Positions 8,970-17,783 of a DNA stretch of 64,000 nucleotides are shown here, piece by piece. The notes under the pieces were generated by a model that saw only the letters and a list, made by a program, of their open reading frames with translations, searched no databases and was not told the DNA's origin. A program made the translations under genes and the position numbers. Each line of letters starts with the position of its first letter. Position 1 is the first letter of the stretch. The DNA is from a bacterium. GTDB lineage: Bacteria; AUK180. Where the stretch lies: positions 1,841 through 65,840 of the forward strand of contig JAGLGN010000006.1 of the NCBI GenBank assembly GCA_023144005.1, read 5' to 3'.

Positions 8970-10199
8970 ATGAAAAGATCAATATTGCTACTTTGCCTGT
9001 TTTCATTGCTTATCGTCTTTGCTGATAATAAAATTCCGGCAGCATTTATCGACCTGCAAGAAGGAAATGCCGTGAATAAAGGATTGGTACTTACCATCTC
9101 CGATTATTTCCGTACTCAATTGGTCAATAGGGGGAAGTACCTGATAGTTTCACGCGAAAGTATGGAAGATATCTTGAAGGAACAGCAGTATCAGATATCC
9201 GGATGTACCAGTCAGGAATGCCTCGTACAAATGGGTAAGGTTCTCGGAGTAAGGAGTATGTTCGTGGGAACCCTTGGCAAGGTCGGTTCGATCTTTCTTC
9301 TCAATATCAAGCTCATCAGCGTTGAGACCGGAGAGATCATCGAGGCCACATCGGCGGAAGCGGCTTCCGAAGAAGCGCTTTTGGAAAAGATCAGGCATAT
9401 GGCGGATGAGCTCAGCGGCATTGAGACCGCGCCTGCATTCATGACCTCTCCGATCACTGCTGCACCGAAGAAGGCCACAACGGGCGATGTGCCCAAGTTC
9501 AAGGGACACAACTTCCTGATATTCACATACGGCATCGGCGGCGGCTCGATGAGGTTGAATTTCAGCAATACCAATGACGAGATACTTAAATCGCATCTTG
9601 GGATAACCGGGACTTTTTCCGACCCCTTTGATAATATTGAATGGCGGCATTTGAAAGCTGATATCTCACTCCCGCTTTCTCTGAAGATCGGCGGTGTTTT
9701 CGCCTTTGAAGGGAAAAAGGGATATCCCGGCCTTACCGTAGAGATCTTCTATCAGAATATGGATATCATCGCCCAGGAAACTGCCGTTTATGTTAACGGC
9801 TACGATGTGGGAACCACCGTATTTGTCTATGACAGTTATTTCTCCATAGGAATGCTTGCGGTGGATGTTCAGATCGTATATTATTATGAAATGGCAAAAG
9901 CCGTATCAATTTACGGCGGAGCTGGCTTCGGAATGACAATGAATATGTGGCGATCCGATCATATACTCGGTTATACAACGGGAAGCGGATCATTTGAATC
10001 TCCTGTATCCGGGTATTCCACGGGATTAATGGTGCATCTCCCATTGGGAATAATGGCAGAGATCGGACAATTTAAATTAATGGTGGAATGGGGATTCTGG
10101 GCAACTCTCTTCACATTCACACGAAATGTGGAAGATGAAGAGGATACAGCCGACATCCTGGTCCCGCTGCTGAAATTCGGAGTGGGAGCGAAATTCTGA
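8970..10199 (+). CDS. Outer-membrane protein: signal peptide, CsgG/TolB-N-like periplasmic domain, C-terminal beta-barrel (ends ...GVGAKF)
   Basis: MKRSILLLCLFSLLIVFA signal. An ...RESMEDILKEQQYQISGCTSQEC...GKVLGV... motif typical of CsgG-like N-domains. Alternating hydrophobic C-terminal half ending in Phe. The longest ORF (8943, GTG) starts inside the MITE TIR. Confidence 0.5.
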   Translation: MKRSILLLCLFSLLIVFADNKIPAAFIDLQEGNAVNKGLVLTISDYFRTQLVNRGKYLIVSRESMEDILKEQQYQISGCTSQECLVQMGKVLGVRSMFVGTLGKVGSIFLLNIKLISVETGEIIEATSAEAASEEALLEKIRHMADELSGIETAPAFMTSPITAAPKKATTGDVPKFKGHNFLIFTYGIGGGSMRLNFSNTNDEILKSHLGITGTFSDPFDNIEWRHLKADISLPLSLKIGGVFAFEGKKGYPGLTVEIFYQNMDIIAQETAVYVNGYDVGTTVFVYDSYFSIGMLAVDVQIVYYYEMAKAVSIYGGAGFGMTMNMWRSDHILGYTTGSGSFESPVSGYSTGLMVHLPLGIMAEIGQFKLMVEWGFWATLFTFTRNVEDEEDTADILVPLLKFGVGAKF

Positions 10200-10230
10200 G
10201 AGACCGGAGAATTTAGGTATATAATAAGCA

Positions 10231-11082
10231 ATGAACATCAAAGACTCGGACATCACGATCAGATTTGCAGATGTTTCCGACAGATCGGGAATTGAAGAGA
10301 TCTCGTCAAAGACGTGGGATGGTGACGATTATCTCGCTGCTGCATTTGAGGAATTCCTCAAAGACGGTTATTTTTATGTCCTTATGTACAAAAATAAGGT
10401 CGCCGGTTGTGCGAAGATGACTCTTTTTCCGGAACACATTCTTTGGCTGGAGGCATTGCGAATTCATCCTGACTTTCAAGGCAGGGGATTCGGCCGCGAT
10501 CTATATAATTTCTGTACTGAGATCGGAATAGCCATGATACGTGATGGAAAGATCAGCGCGATGGAGTTCTCAACCTATTACACGAATTACGGCTCGATCG
10601 CAATGGGCGAAAAGGGCGGGTTCAGCGTGATCGAAAAGCTCTTCGTCCTCACCTATGAGCTTAAGGCAAATGAGGAATTCACGGAGCCGAAGCCAATGAG
10701 ACCTGAATATTCCCAATATTCCAAATGCCGTGGACACATCCCCATCGGCTGGCATTTTGTCAAGAACTCAGAAGCTTCAATGCAATATATTGTCGATAAT
10801 ACCAAAGGATATGAGACGGACGGGATTTACTTCCATCTGGCACAGCCGTATAATTCATGTTATTGCCCTGAGCTTGATGTCAATAATTTCAAAATATTCC
10901 AAAAGGCGCTTAACTTCGTTTTCAAAGGTGAGGGCCATTATGAGATAATGGTGGAGGACAGCAAGGCAGCCCTTGTTCCCCATTTACTGAAAGCGGGTTT
11001 TCAATTCTGGGAAGAGCCGAAAGAACCAAATGTCATCATCTACGGACACAGCGGCAAGAGTGAGCAGAAAAATAGAGGTTAG
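10231..11082 (+). CDS. GNAT family N-acetyltransferase with an extra C-terminal domain of unknown function
   Basis: Acetyl-CoA binding motif region ...LRIHPDFQGRGFGRDLYNF... in the N-terminal ~150 aa. Confidence 0.55.
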   Translation: MNIKDSDITIRFADVSDRSGIEEISSKTWDGDDYLAAAFEEFLKDGYFYVLMYKNKVAGCAKMTLFPEHILWLEALRIHPDFQGRGFGRDLYNFCTEIGIAMIRDGKISAMEFSTYYTNYGSIAMGEKGGFSVIEKLFVLTYELKANEEFTEPKPMRPEYSQYSKCRGHIPIGWHFVKNSEASMQYIVDNTKGYETDGIYFHLAQPYNSCYCPELDVNNFKIFQKALNFVFKGEGHYEIMVEDSKAALVPHLLKAGFQFWEEPKEPNVIIYGHSGKSEQKNRG

Positions 11083-11109
11083 AGGCTCGAGGTTAGTGCA
11101 GAAAAGAAA

Positions 11110-11250
11110 TAAAATCCGTCTCTCTCATTCTTTATCCCTCATCCTTCATTTCCCCGCTTGTCACTTGTGCTCTTGTTGCTTGTGCCCTGCGAAGCGTGTT
11201 CCACTGGGTCCACTTGTTCCTGGGTCCACTGCGAAGCTTAACTTATAAAC
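11110..11250. repeat. Interspersed repeat family B, partial copy (module with 'gttccactgggtccact...cctgggtccactgcgaagc')
   Basis: Near-identical to 37260-37336 and 39830-39900, with short direct GGGTCCACT-type subrepeats. Confidence 0.65.
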
Positions 11251-11284
11251 AATCTTTGCTACATCACACGAGAATGCTTCGCGT

Positions 11285-11971
11285 TCACATATAGATCAAA
11301 TAGACTGCCATTATACCGATATCGGCAAGGAAATGGCTGATGACAGGTGCGTAAATAGATCGATAATGTAATCTCATATGGCCAAAAAAGATCCCTGAAA
11401 GAAAGATCGAAGCGGAAAAAAGGACAGCGGAAGTCGAGGCGAATAATATGCTTGTGGTTACAATGTGATGAAGTGTAAAAAGGCCACTGGAAAACAAAAG
11501 AGCTCTTCGGGGCCCAAAGAAATACCTCAATCCGCCAAGGACATATCCCCTCCAGAAGAATTCTTCCACAGTAGCGTTGGCAATAGTCATGAATACCAGG
11601 AATAATACAATATTCGAATCCGTTACTCCCCATTTGGATGTAAGCTCCAGTATCCCTTCCATATCCAATACGCTGCTTCCGAAGATCCTGAAGAAGATGA
11701 AGATAACGGCGAACATTGCCGCTCCCGTAACAAGGCCGGGAAGGAGGGCCCTTTTAAAATTGTGAAGAGCAATGATTCGGGAAAATGAAAAGTCGAAACC
11801 CCTTGGGAAAATATGAAAAAAAGGCACAAGCAGACATAGGAAGATATGATATCCGATAAAAGTTATCCAGACATTTCCGATATATTTCAAAGAAAAATAG
11901 ATCCAGAAAGAAGCGGAAAGCGCGGATAATATGATTACGAACAGGTCTTTGGGAGGACTTTTTCTACTCAA
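11285..11971 (-). CDS. CPBP family intramembrane glutamic endopeptidase (CAAX protease / Abi-like)
   Basis: Conserved EEFFWRG (EExxxR) and FxxxH / HxxxD-like motifs (LFTLHHIV, HFLADI) within a multi-TM protein. Confidence 0.7.
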   Translation of the reverse strand: MSRKSPPKDLFVIILSALSASFWIYFSLKYIGNVWITFIGYHIFLCLLVPFFHIFPRGFDFSFSRIIALHNFKRALLPGLVTGAAMFAVIFIFFRIFGSSVLDMEGILELTSKWGVTDSNIVLFLVFMTIANATVEEFFWRGYVLGGLRYFFGPRRALLFSSGLFTLHHIVTTSILFASTSAVLFSASIFLSGIFFGHMRLHYRSIYAPVISHFLADIGIMAVYLIYM

Positions 11972-12111
11972 TCCAAAATTCCATTCCCGCCAAACGATGA
12001 CATCAACAACTCCTCTATTTTTAGTTTAAAGGAGTTTCAATATTTTGTCAAATCCATGCTTCTTGACAAATACCCACTTTATAGTAAAATATACCGATGG
12101 AAAAAGGGGCC

Positions 12112-12257
12112 AGTGATCTGATTCAGAAATACGACAACAATGGAATGTTTAGATTTGAGTCAATTCCAACGAACAATGAGTGCGGCGTTCCTCGCTCCTT
12201 TCATGCTGAACAAAATAGCATCAGCCATTATCAGGGTATTTATGAATCAGAACACTA
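12112..12257. repeat. Internally deleted (~146 bp) copy of MITE family A that keeps both terminal inverted repeats
   Basis: 'agtgatctgattcagaaatacg' ... 'aatggaatgtttagatttgagtcaattccaacgaacaatgag' joins directly to 'tgcggcgttcctcgc...aaaatagcatcagccatt...ggtatttatgaatcagaacact'. The ~120 bp middle present in full copies is missing. Confidence 0.8.
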
Positions 12258-13102
12258 AGATATTTTATTTTACAGGAACCGGAAACACCGCCATCCTTGC
12301 TGGACTTTTTCAAAAGCAATTCGAAAAAGCGAATATAGCCGCTGAGCTATTTCCGACAGAGGAGATCTTGAACAGCGGGAAGCTCCCATCTTTGAGCAAT
12401 TGCTATATCCTTCTAGGATTCCCCGTGCATGCCTTCAATGCGCCGCCCAATGTATTTGACTTTGTTCACCGCCTTCCCCCGGGAATGGGGAAGAAGATCA
12501 TCCTCTTCAAGAATGCCGGGGACCCTATGAAGAACGGAGCTTTCACATGGGTGAAGAAAGTATTGAGAAAAAAAGGATATATCATCTCCTATGAGGCGTC
12601 TTTTGTTATGCCGTCAAATACATTTTTGAAATACCCGCCCGGATTATCTTATGACCTCTATCTTACAGCGAAACTAAGAATAGCAAGTATGGTCAAAGAA
12701 ATAATTGACGGAAAATGTGCTCATGTGAAAAGCAGTTTTGTTATTGATATCCTCGCAAAGCTCTTTATTACATTTAAAGGAAAAGGCACGAAGTATTTCG
12801 GCAGAAAAATAGAGCTAAGCAAGAGTAAATGCTTAAAATGCGGACAATGCGCGGCATCTTGCCCTGTAAATAATATCATACAAAATATGGACGGGTATCC
12901 GGTCTGGGGAACAAAGTGCGCCCTCTGTATGAGATGTATGTATATCTGCAAACAGGACGCCATCAGGCCGGGATATTTAAAATTCTTTAGGATCGCTTCG
13001 GGGTATAATGCGATTGATATGATGACCCCAAGTATTGATGCCTTACCATATAAAAGCCGATTAATAGAACGCATACACAGACATACCGTTAAATATCTTT
13101 GA
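12242..13102 (+). CDS. EFR1-family ferredoxin: flavodoxin-like domain plus 2x[4Fe-4S] ferredoxin domain
   Basis: KIFYFTGTGNTA flavodoxin-type motif, and CLKCGQCAASCP plus CALCMRCMYICKQDAIRP cluster motifs. The start codon ATGAATCAGAACACTAAG (MNQNTK) is the outward TIR of the upstream MITE. Confidence 0.65.
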   Translation: MNQNTKIFYFTGTGNTAILAGLFQKQFEKANIAAELFPTEEILNSGKLPSLSNCYILLGFPVHAFNAPPNVFDFVHRLPPGMGKKIILFKNAGDPMKNGAFTWVKKVLRKKGYIISYEASFVMPSNTFLKYPPGLSYDLYLTAKLRIASMVKEIIDGKCAHVKSSFVIDILAKLFITFKGKGTKYFGRKIELSKSKCLKCGQCAASCPVNNIIQNMDGYPVWGTKCALCMRCMYICKQDAIRPGYLKFFRIASGYNAIDMMTPSIDALPYKSRLIERIHRHTVKYL

Positions 13103-13119
13103 CTGAAACTAATCGTAAA

Positions 13120-14049
13120 TTAAACATCCTCTAATTCATAGGTGTAGGAGCCTTTCTGAGATCCGCGCTCCGATAAGATATATTGACCGCAATTCGAACC
13201 GATCTTATTTTCTTCATTCTCTCCGATACTGTGTATCACCTCAAAACCTGTATCTGTAAATTCTTCTGCGAGCCGCTTCTGAAATACCGCGTCAGATGAA
13301 TCCAATCCGTGTTTTACCGCGGAATATGTAGGATTGACCGGAGTGATCTTGATGATGAATTTCTCATTGTCGAAGATATCGGCAAGATGGCGCACGTCAA
13401 CACTGATCTTCTCGGATGCCGCGAAATTCAAGGTGATCTTTCTTTCGCCCCGGGAGAAAAACTTGTTTCCATAATCCGCGATCTGCTGCAGATCCCATTT
13501 GTCTATCGGCATCATATGGTCTCTTTGCGTTTTATCCGTTGAATGAATTGAAAATTGTAATTGAAAATTCTTTCCGTACAGGGTGTTTTTTATCGCGATC
13601 AAGTCCTCGAAAAAACTTTCCGTTCCCAGAGGAGCAATAGAAGATACAGAAGGCATCAGCGCTCCTTTGTATTCATAGCGGTGCGGAAGCTCCCGCAGAA
13701 CATCCAGCACGGCAGAGTTAAGCGACGGTTCTCCCATTCTCGCAAATTGTACCTTCAGCCGCTTCGTCTCTACGATACCTTTGGCATTGGCGGAATACAC
13801 CATATGGTCACATTGAAAAAGGATATCGTCGGAAGTCATCTTGCCATGGTAAGCGCCGCCCGCATCGCAGAATAGACACCCGGAAGGACAACCGAAGAGA
13901 GTGGAAAGTATCATCACCCATTTCTCTGTTTTTGATAATGGGGGCTGTATGGATTCCACGAATTCCACCTTCTTGCCGTCAATATCAGCTATATATACGG
14001 TCGCGATCTCACTTTTTTTCGTTCTTTTAATTACTTGGCGCATGTCCAA
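13120..14049 (-). CDS. Radical SAM protein of the RlmN/Cfr family, short form: lacks the N-terminal domain and the Cys equivalent to RlmN C118 but keeps the CGQ cysteine
   Basis: CPSGCLFCDAGG (Cx3Cx2C), MGEPSLN, FSIHSTDKTQRDHMMPIDK, IKITPVNP and SNCGQY blocks align with RlmN motifs (MGMGEPLLN, SLHAPNDEIRDEIVPINKK, NLIPWNPF, ACGQL). Confidence 0.5.
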   Translation of the reverse strand: MDMRQVIKRTKKSEIATVYIADIDGKKVEFVESIQPPLSKTEKWVMILSTLFGCPSGCLFCDAGGAYHGKMTSDDILFQCDHMVYSANAKGIVETKRLKVQFARMGEPSLNSAVLDVLRELPHRYEYKGALMPSVSSIAPLGTESFFEDLIAIKNTLYGKNFQLQFSIHSTDKTQRDHMMPIDKWDLQQIADYGNKFFSRGERKITLNFAASEKISVDVRHLADIFDNEKFIIKITPVNPTYSAVKHGLDSSDAVFQKRLAEEFTDTGFEVIHSIGENEENKIGSNCGQYILSERGSQKGSYTYELEDV

Positions 14050-14884
14050 TATCTCTCAGTAATTTCATTGCGGTTCTAAGGCCGTCACCGGCCGCGATAC
14101 CCGCCTGCCTGAAAAGGCCGTTCACTATATCGCCGCAAAAATATATCCCGCTTTGCTTAATATCAGGTCTATATAATGGGGAGGGTTTTCTGCCGCATGC
14201 CAATAGGATGTGATCAAAATCCATGGCAAAATTATCGTCACCCTTCACACGCAGACATATCTTGCCGTGATCACAGAGCGAGATGCCGGCAATTTCGATC
14301 CCTATGTGTATGTCAATATTCTCACACCTTACTACTTCGTTCTGAAGAAGCGGCAGGGCAGTGGAAATAGAACGCTGAACGATATGTACTTCATTTCCCC
14401 TTTCTTCAAGGGTCAAGGCTTGATCATAAGCCGCGTCACTGCCCCCGATAATACAAATGCGCTGGGCGGTCAGCAGCATCTCGCTTACATTATAATGAAT
14501 GTGTGTGTCGGGAAGGTCCTTGAGGCCCTGGATGTTCGGGATTACCGGAACCGTGCCCGCGGCAATAATAACATTACTGCTCACATATTCCTCTGATATA
14601 CTTTTTAGTATCCACTCGCCCTCATGCTTGGAAAGATCAATGATATCGTCCTTAACAAAGGGAATGCGCATCTCATCGAACGCCTCTACCAACCGTCCTG
14701 CGACCTCCTCTCCTTTGAGAGGCGGCATACCGGGGAAATTCTCGACATTCCAGCCATTGGATATCAATCCTCCCGGCAGGGCTTTCTCCACAACCAACAC
14801 TTCCAATCCGCTGCGTTTTAATTGAACAGCAGCGGAAAGGCCCGCGGGACCTGCGCCAACGACCACTATCTGAGTGAAGATCAT
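14027..14884 (-). CDS. FAD/NAD(P)-binding oxidoreductase, thioredoxin-reductase-like but with no redox-active CxxC
   Basis: N-terminal VVVGAGPAGLSAA Rossmann motif, a second dinucleotide fold (ICIIGGSDAAYDQA) and an FCGDIV C-terminal motif. Overlaps the radical SAM gene by 23 nt and the isochorismatase gene by 4 nt. Confidence 0.55.
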   Translation of the reverse strand: MIFTQIVVVGAGPAGLSAAVQLKRSGLEVLVVEKALPGGLISNGWNVENFPGMPPLKGEEVAGRLVEAFDEMRIPFVKDDIIDLSKHEGEWILKSISEEYVSSNVIIAAGTVPVIPNIQGLKDLPDTHIHYNVSEMLLTAQRICIIGGSDAAYDQALTLEERGNEVHIVQRSISTALPLLQNEVVRCENIDIHIGIEIAGISLCDHGKICLRVKGDDNFAMDFDHILLACGRKPSPLYRPDIKQSGIYFCGDIVNGLFRQAGIAAGDGLRTAMKLLRDIGHAPSN

Positions 14885-15540
14885 AGGAGCTCCTTTGAAA
14901 GAGGTGTTAAACCGAAGGCGAATGAGGCATTTTTCAAGGTGTTCTCATGTAATTTTCTCGTATATGCCGCTGTGGTATCTATCGGAATAACGGGAAGAAT
15001 ATCCCGTACAAATGCTGAACGCGCAGACTGCTCCACGCAGAGGTTCGTCATTACTCCGCAGATCACCAACTGAGTGACATCACCTGCTCTCAATATTTTC
15101 TCCAGATCTGTATTATAGAACGGGTCGTAAGTGCTCTTGTGTATAATGTGCATTAATGGGATATCTGCCTTGCTGATCTCAGATATTTCAGATATGAAAG
15201 CAGAGGAAGCATCATCCATCTTTCTTCGCCACCATTTCCCCATATTGATGCCGCTGTCTTCAATGTGTTTTGTAAGAATGATCGGAAGCGAATGCTCGTT
15301 ATAATATTTAATAAGATCCTTTACCTTAGAAATAATTGATGGGGCGGAAGGGATAAAGGCATGGGATTCGGGTGAAAAAAAATATTCCTGCATATCCACA
15401 ATGAGCAGAGCGGAACTATCCATTTGCAATAATGCGGACCTGTCTGGAGAATGCGCAAGAATAGTGTTTTTTATCTCTAATGAAACCTTGTCAATGATAG
15501 ATGATGTGAAATACAATTCCCTCTTAGTGTTCTGATTCAT
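14881..15540 (-). CDS. Isochorismatase-family cysteine hydrolase
   Basis: ALLIVDMQEYF and LVICGVMTNLCVEQSARSA (catalytic Cys region). The N-terminus MNQNTK is encoded by the TIR of the MITE at 15526-15798. Confidence 0.65.
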   Translation of the reverse strand: MNQNTKRELYFTSSIIDKVSLEIKNTILAHSPDRSALLQMDSSALLIVDMQEYFFSPESHAFIPSAPSIISKVKDLIKYYNEHSLPIILTKHIEDSGINMGKWWRRKMDDASSAFISEISEISKADIPLMHIIHKSTYDPFYNTDLEKILRAGDVTQLVICGVMTNLCVEQSARSAFVRDILPVIPIDTTAAYTRKLHENTLKNASFAFGLTPLSKELL

Positions 15541-15798
15541 AAATATGGTGACAATGGAATGTTTAGATTTGAGTCAATTTCAACAAACAATGAGGGCGGT
15601 GTACCCTTGGTGGTACATAAGCGAAGAGAGAGGAAGAAATTTACCAAAGATGATATTCCCTTCGGACTGATGTTCTTTTTCTGTCTTCTTCGTTGCTCGT
15701 TACTTACATACCGCAGTGGGTATGCTGCGCTCCTCGCGCCTTGAATACGAAGCAAAATAGCATCAGCCATTGTTCCCATATTTATGATTCAGATCACT
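15526..15798. repeat. MITE family A, full-length copy
   Basis: TIRs 'agtgttctgattcataaata' (left) and 'tatttatgattcagatcact' (right), with internal conserved hairpins (tcccTTCGgga; cataccgcagtgggtatg). Confidence 0.85.
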
Positions 15799-15825
15799 TG
15801 TAAATCCCATCATCTCACTATGATG

Positions 15826-15847
15826 AAAAAGGCCAGCGGCCTAAGCC
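15826..15847 (-). terminator. Weak intrinsic terminator candidate downstream of apgM (AGGCC-gct-GGCCT + T5)
   Basis: Minus strand reads ...TAGgccgctggccTTTTTc; the stem is short. Confidence 0.25.
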
Positions 15848-17046
15848 CCGTATTTTGCCAATTTCCCGGAATGGGCAAGAAGCAGGGGGATCTCATATAA
15901 TGCGTTTATTCTTGACAATGAACCGTTTCGGCAATTTTTCTCTGTAAACGGCATATCGTCCGTTCTCGCAAATTCCGAATGCAGCAGAAGCGGGACGGGA
16001 TGCCAGGAGTGGGCCTTCATCATACATGGGGTCGAATGATCCCCTGTAATGAGCAAGGCATCCGGGTTAAGAGCCAGTATCCTGGGAAGTATCTTGTCGA
16101 ATTCTTCGATAACATGGACTTTCCCGTCATAATTTCCGTCTTCTCCGTAAGAATCGGTCTTCTTAATGTGAAGAAAGTAATAATCATGATCAGAAGCCCA
16201 GTTGCGCTCCAAGGCCGCTGGAATATCTTCCATCTTCTCTCCGACATTCAAAAGGGTCATGCCAACCAAGCTGGCAAGACCTCTGTACATCGGGTACTGC
16301 GCGACGGCGGCGGGACGGAGCGAAAAGCGCTTCTCCATATTGTCAAGACCGGGGTCCTTGGCGAAACCTCTCAAGAGTATTCCGTTTACCTCGTCACCCT
16401 TTAGTATCTCCAGGACATGGTCTATGAACTTATTGACTTTTTCTGTGGTTTTTATAGCTGTATCGGTATCCGCTTCGGCATATTTGTAAGGCAAGCCGTC
16501 CTTTTGCGCATCAGCATCCAGGATATTCGGGACAAGTTCCTCTCCGAGAAATTCCACGACAAAACGGTGTTCCTTCACAGGGTATACTTTGGCTGGGACC
16601 TCTTTAAAATTTTTCAAGCCCGCATTTATCTTTTCACAGACGGTCCGGTTGATATCGGTAGAGATCCTTCCTGCGCGACGGTCAAGAATAACATTGTTCT
16701 TATCCAGGGTACAGAAATTTCCCCTTGCGTACATCCCATTGTCTCTCAATTTAAGATCAATTCCCAATGCTTCCAGAACGCCTCTGCCGATATTGAACTT
16801 CAAAGGGTCATAGCCGAAAAGGGACAAATGCCCCGGGCCGCTGCCCGGAGTAATACCGGGAAAGATCGGGTCGGCTAAGCCCAAAGAGGACGCTCTTGCG
16901 AGTTTATCCAGGTTCGGTGTCTGAGCTTTCTCCAGCGGTGAAGGTGTATTGTTATTATAAATATCCCCTACGCCATCTAATATGATCTGAATGATCCGGC
17001 TATCCGTGGTGGACGCCAACTTTTCAATAACAGAAATATCGTGCAT
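15841..17046 (-). CDS. apgM: 2,3-bisphosphoglycerate-independent phosphoglycerate mutase, archaeal-type (ApgM family)
   Basis: ~400 aa, N-terminal ILDGVGD...TPNLD, metalloenzyme-superfamily features. Confidence 0.7.
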   Translation of the reverse strand: MHDISVIEKLASTTDSRIIQIILDGVGDIYNNNTPSPLEKAQTPNLDKLARASSLGLADPIFPGITPGSGPGHLSLFGYDPLKFNIGRGVLEALGIDLKLRDNGMYARGNFCTLDKNNVILDRRAGRISTDINRTVCEKINAGLKNFKEVPAKVYPVKEHRFVVEFLGEELVPNILDADAQKDGLPYKYAEADTDTAIKTTEKVNKFIDHVLEILKGDEVNGILLRGFAKDPGLDNMEKRFSLRPAAVAQYPMYRGLASLVGMTLLNVGEKMEDIPAALERNWASDHDYYFLHIKKTDSYGEDGNYDGKVHVIEEFDKILPRILALNPDALLITGDHSTPCMMKAHSWHPVPLLLHSEFARTDDMPFTEKNCRNGSLSRINALYEIPLLLAHSGKLAKYGA

Positions 17047-17052
17047 TTGAAC

Positions 17053-17778
17053 TTATTCTTTCTTGTCTTCTGGAGCGGGCTCGGAGGGTTGTTCTTCTTT
17101 TTTCTCTTCCGCAGGAGCTTGCTCTGAACTCTCAGCGCTGACAGGGGTGTCTTCCGGTTTCGAAACAGCTTCCTTTTTTTCCTCAACGGGAGCATCCACC
17201 TTTGCTTCAACAACCGGTGCCTGCTGCTCTACTTTTTCCGCTGGTTTTTCCTCTGTTTTCTCTACTACGGGCTGCGCTTCTACTTTTTCTTCAGCACTGA
17301 CGGCCGTGGTTGCTTCCACTGCTTCTTCCTTCTCTGCTTTGACCTCTTCTTTTTTTACTTCTTTCGGCTGAACTTTCTTGGTCTCGACATGCGGGGCTTT
17401 TTCCTTCTTTTTTGGTTCATACTTTCCCGTAAGCTCAATTATAGCCAACGGAGCGGCGTCACCGGCGCGAATGCCGGTCCTGATAACCCGGACATAGCCG
17501 CCATTTCTGGAATTAAGAAAATCAATGAAATCATCGGTAAATAATTTCAGGAAAGCTTCTTTGGTTCTCAGGAATTTGATCGCGCGCTTCTTAGCGGGAA
17601 GATCGTTCTTTCTTACCCTTGAGAAAAAATTATCAGCATATCTTTTAAGTTCCTTCGCTTTGACTACCGTTGTTTCCATTCTACTGTTCAGGATCAAGCT
17701 GTCCAGAAGATTCCTCATAAGGGCCTTTCTGTGCGCAGCTGTTCTTCCCAGTTTTACGACGTTTTTTCTATGTCTCAT
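17053..17778 (-). CDS. rplQ: 50S ribosomal protein L17 with a ~120 aa E/K/A/P/V-rich low-complexity C-terminal extension
   Basis: L17 core MRHRKNVVKLGRTAAHRKAL...GGYVRVIRTGIRAGDAAPLAIIEL, then KKKEKAPHVETKKVQPKEVKKEEVKAEKEE... Confidence 0.9.
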   Translation of the reverse strand: MRHRKNVVKLGRTAAHRKALMRNLLDSLILNSRMETTVVKAKELKRYADNFFSRVRKNDLPAKKRAIKFLRTKEAFLKLFTDDFIDFLNSRNGGYVRVIRTGIRAGDAAPLAIIELTGKYEPKKKEKAPHVETKKVQPKEVKKEEVKAEKEEAVEATTAVSAEEKVEAQPVVEKTEEKPAEKVEQQAPVVEAKVDAPVEEKKEAVSKPEDTPVSAESSEQAPAEEKKEEQPSEPAPEDKKE

Positions 17779-17783
17779 CTTAA

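Noticed and set aside
17063-17371. Plus-strand ORF 'MSSGAGSEGCSSFFSSAGACSELSA...' and similar S/A/G/F-rich ORFs (23574-24167, 23818-24009)
   Set aside because: They are antisense to the low-complexity tails of rplQ and rpmD/rplO. They are artefacts of the repetitive GAA/AAG-rich coding sequence.
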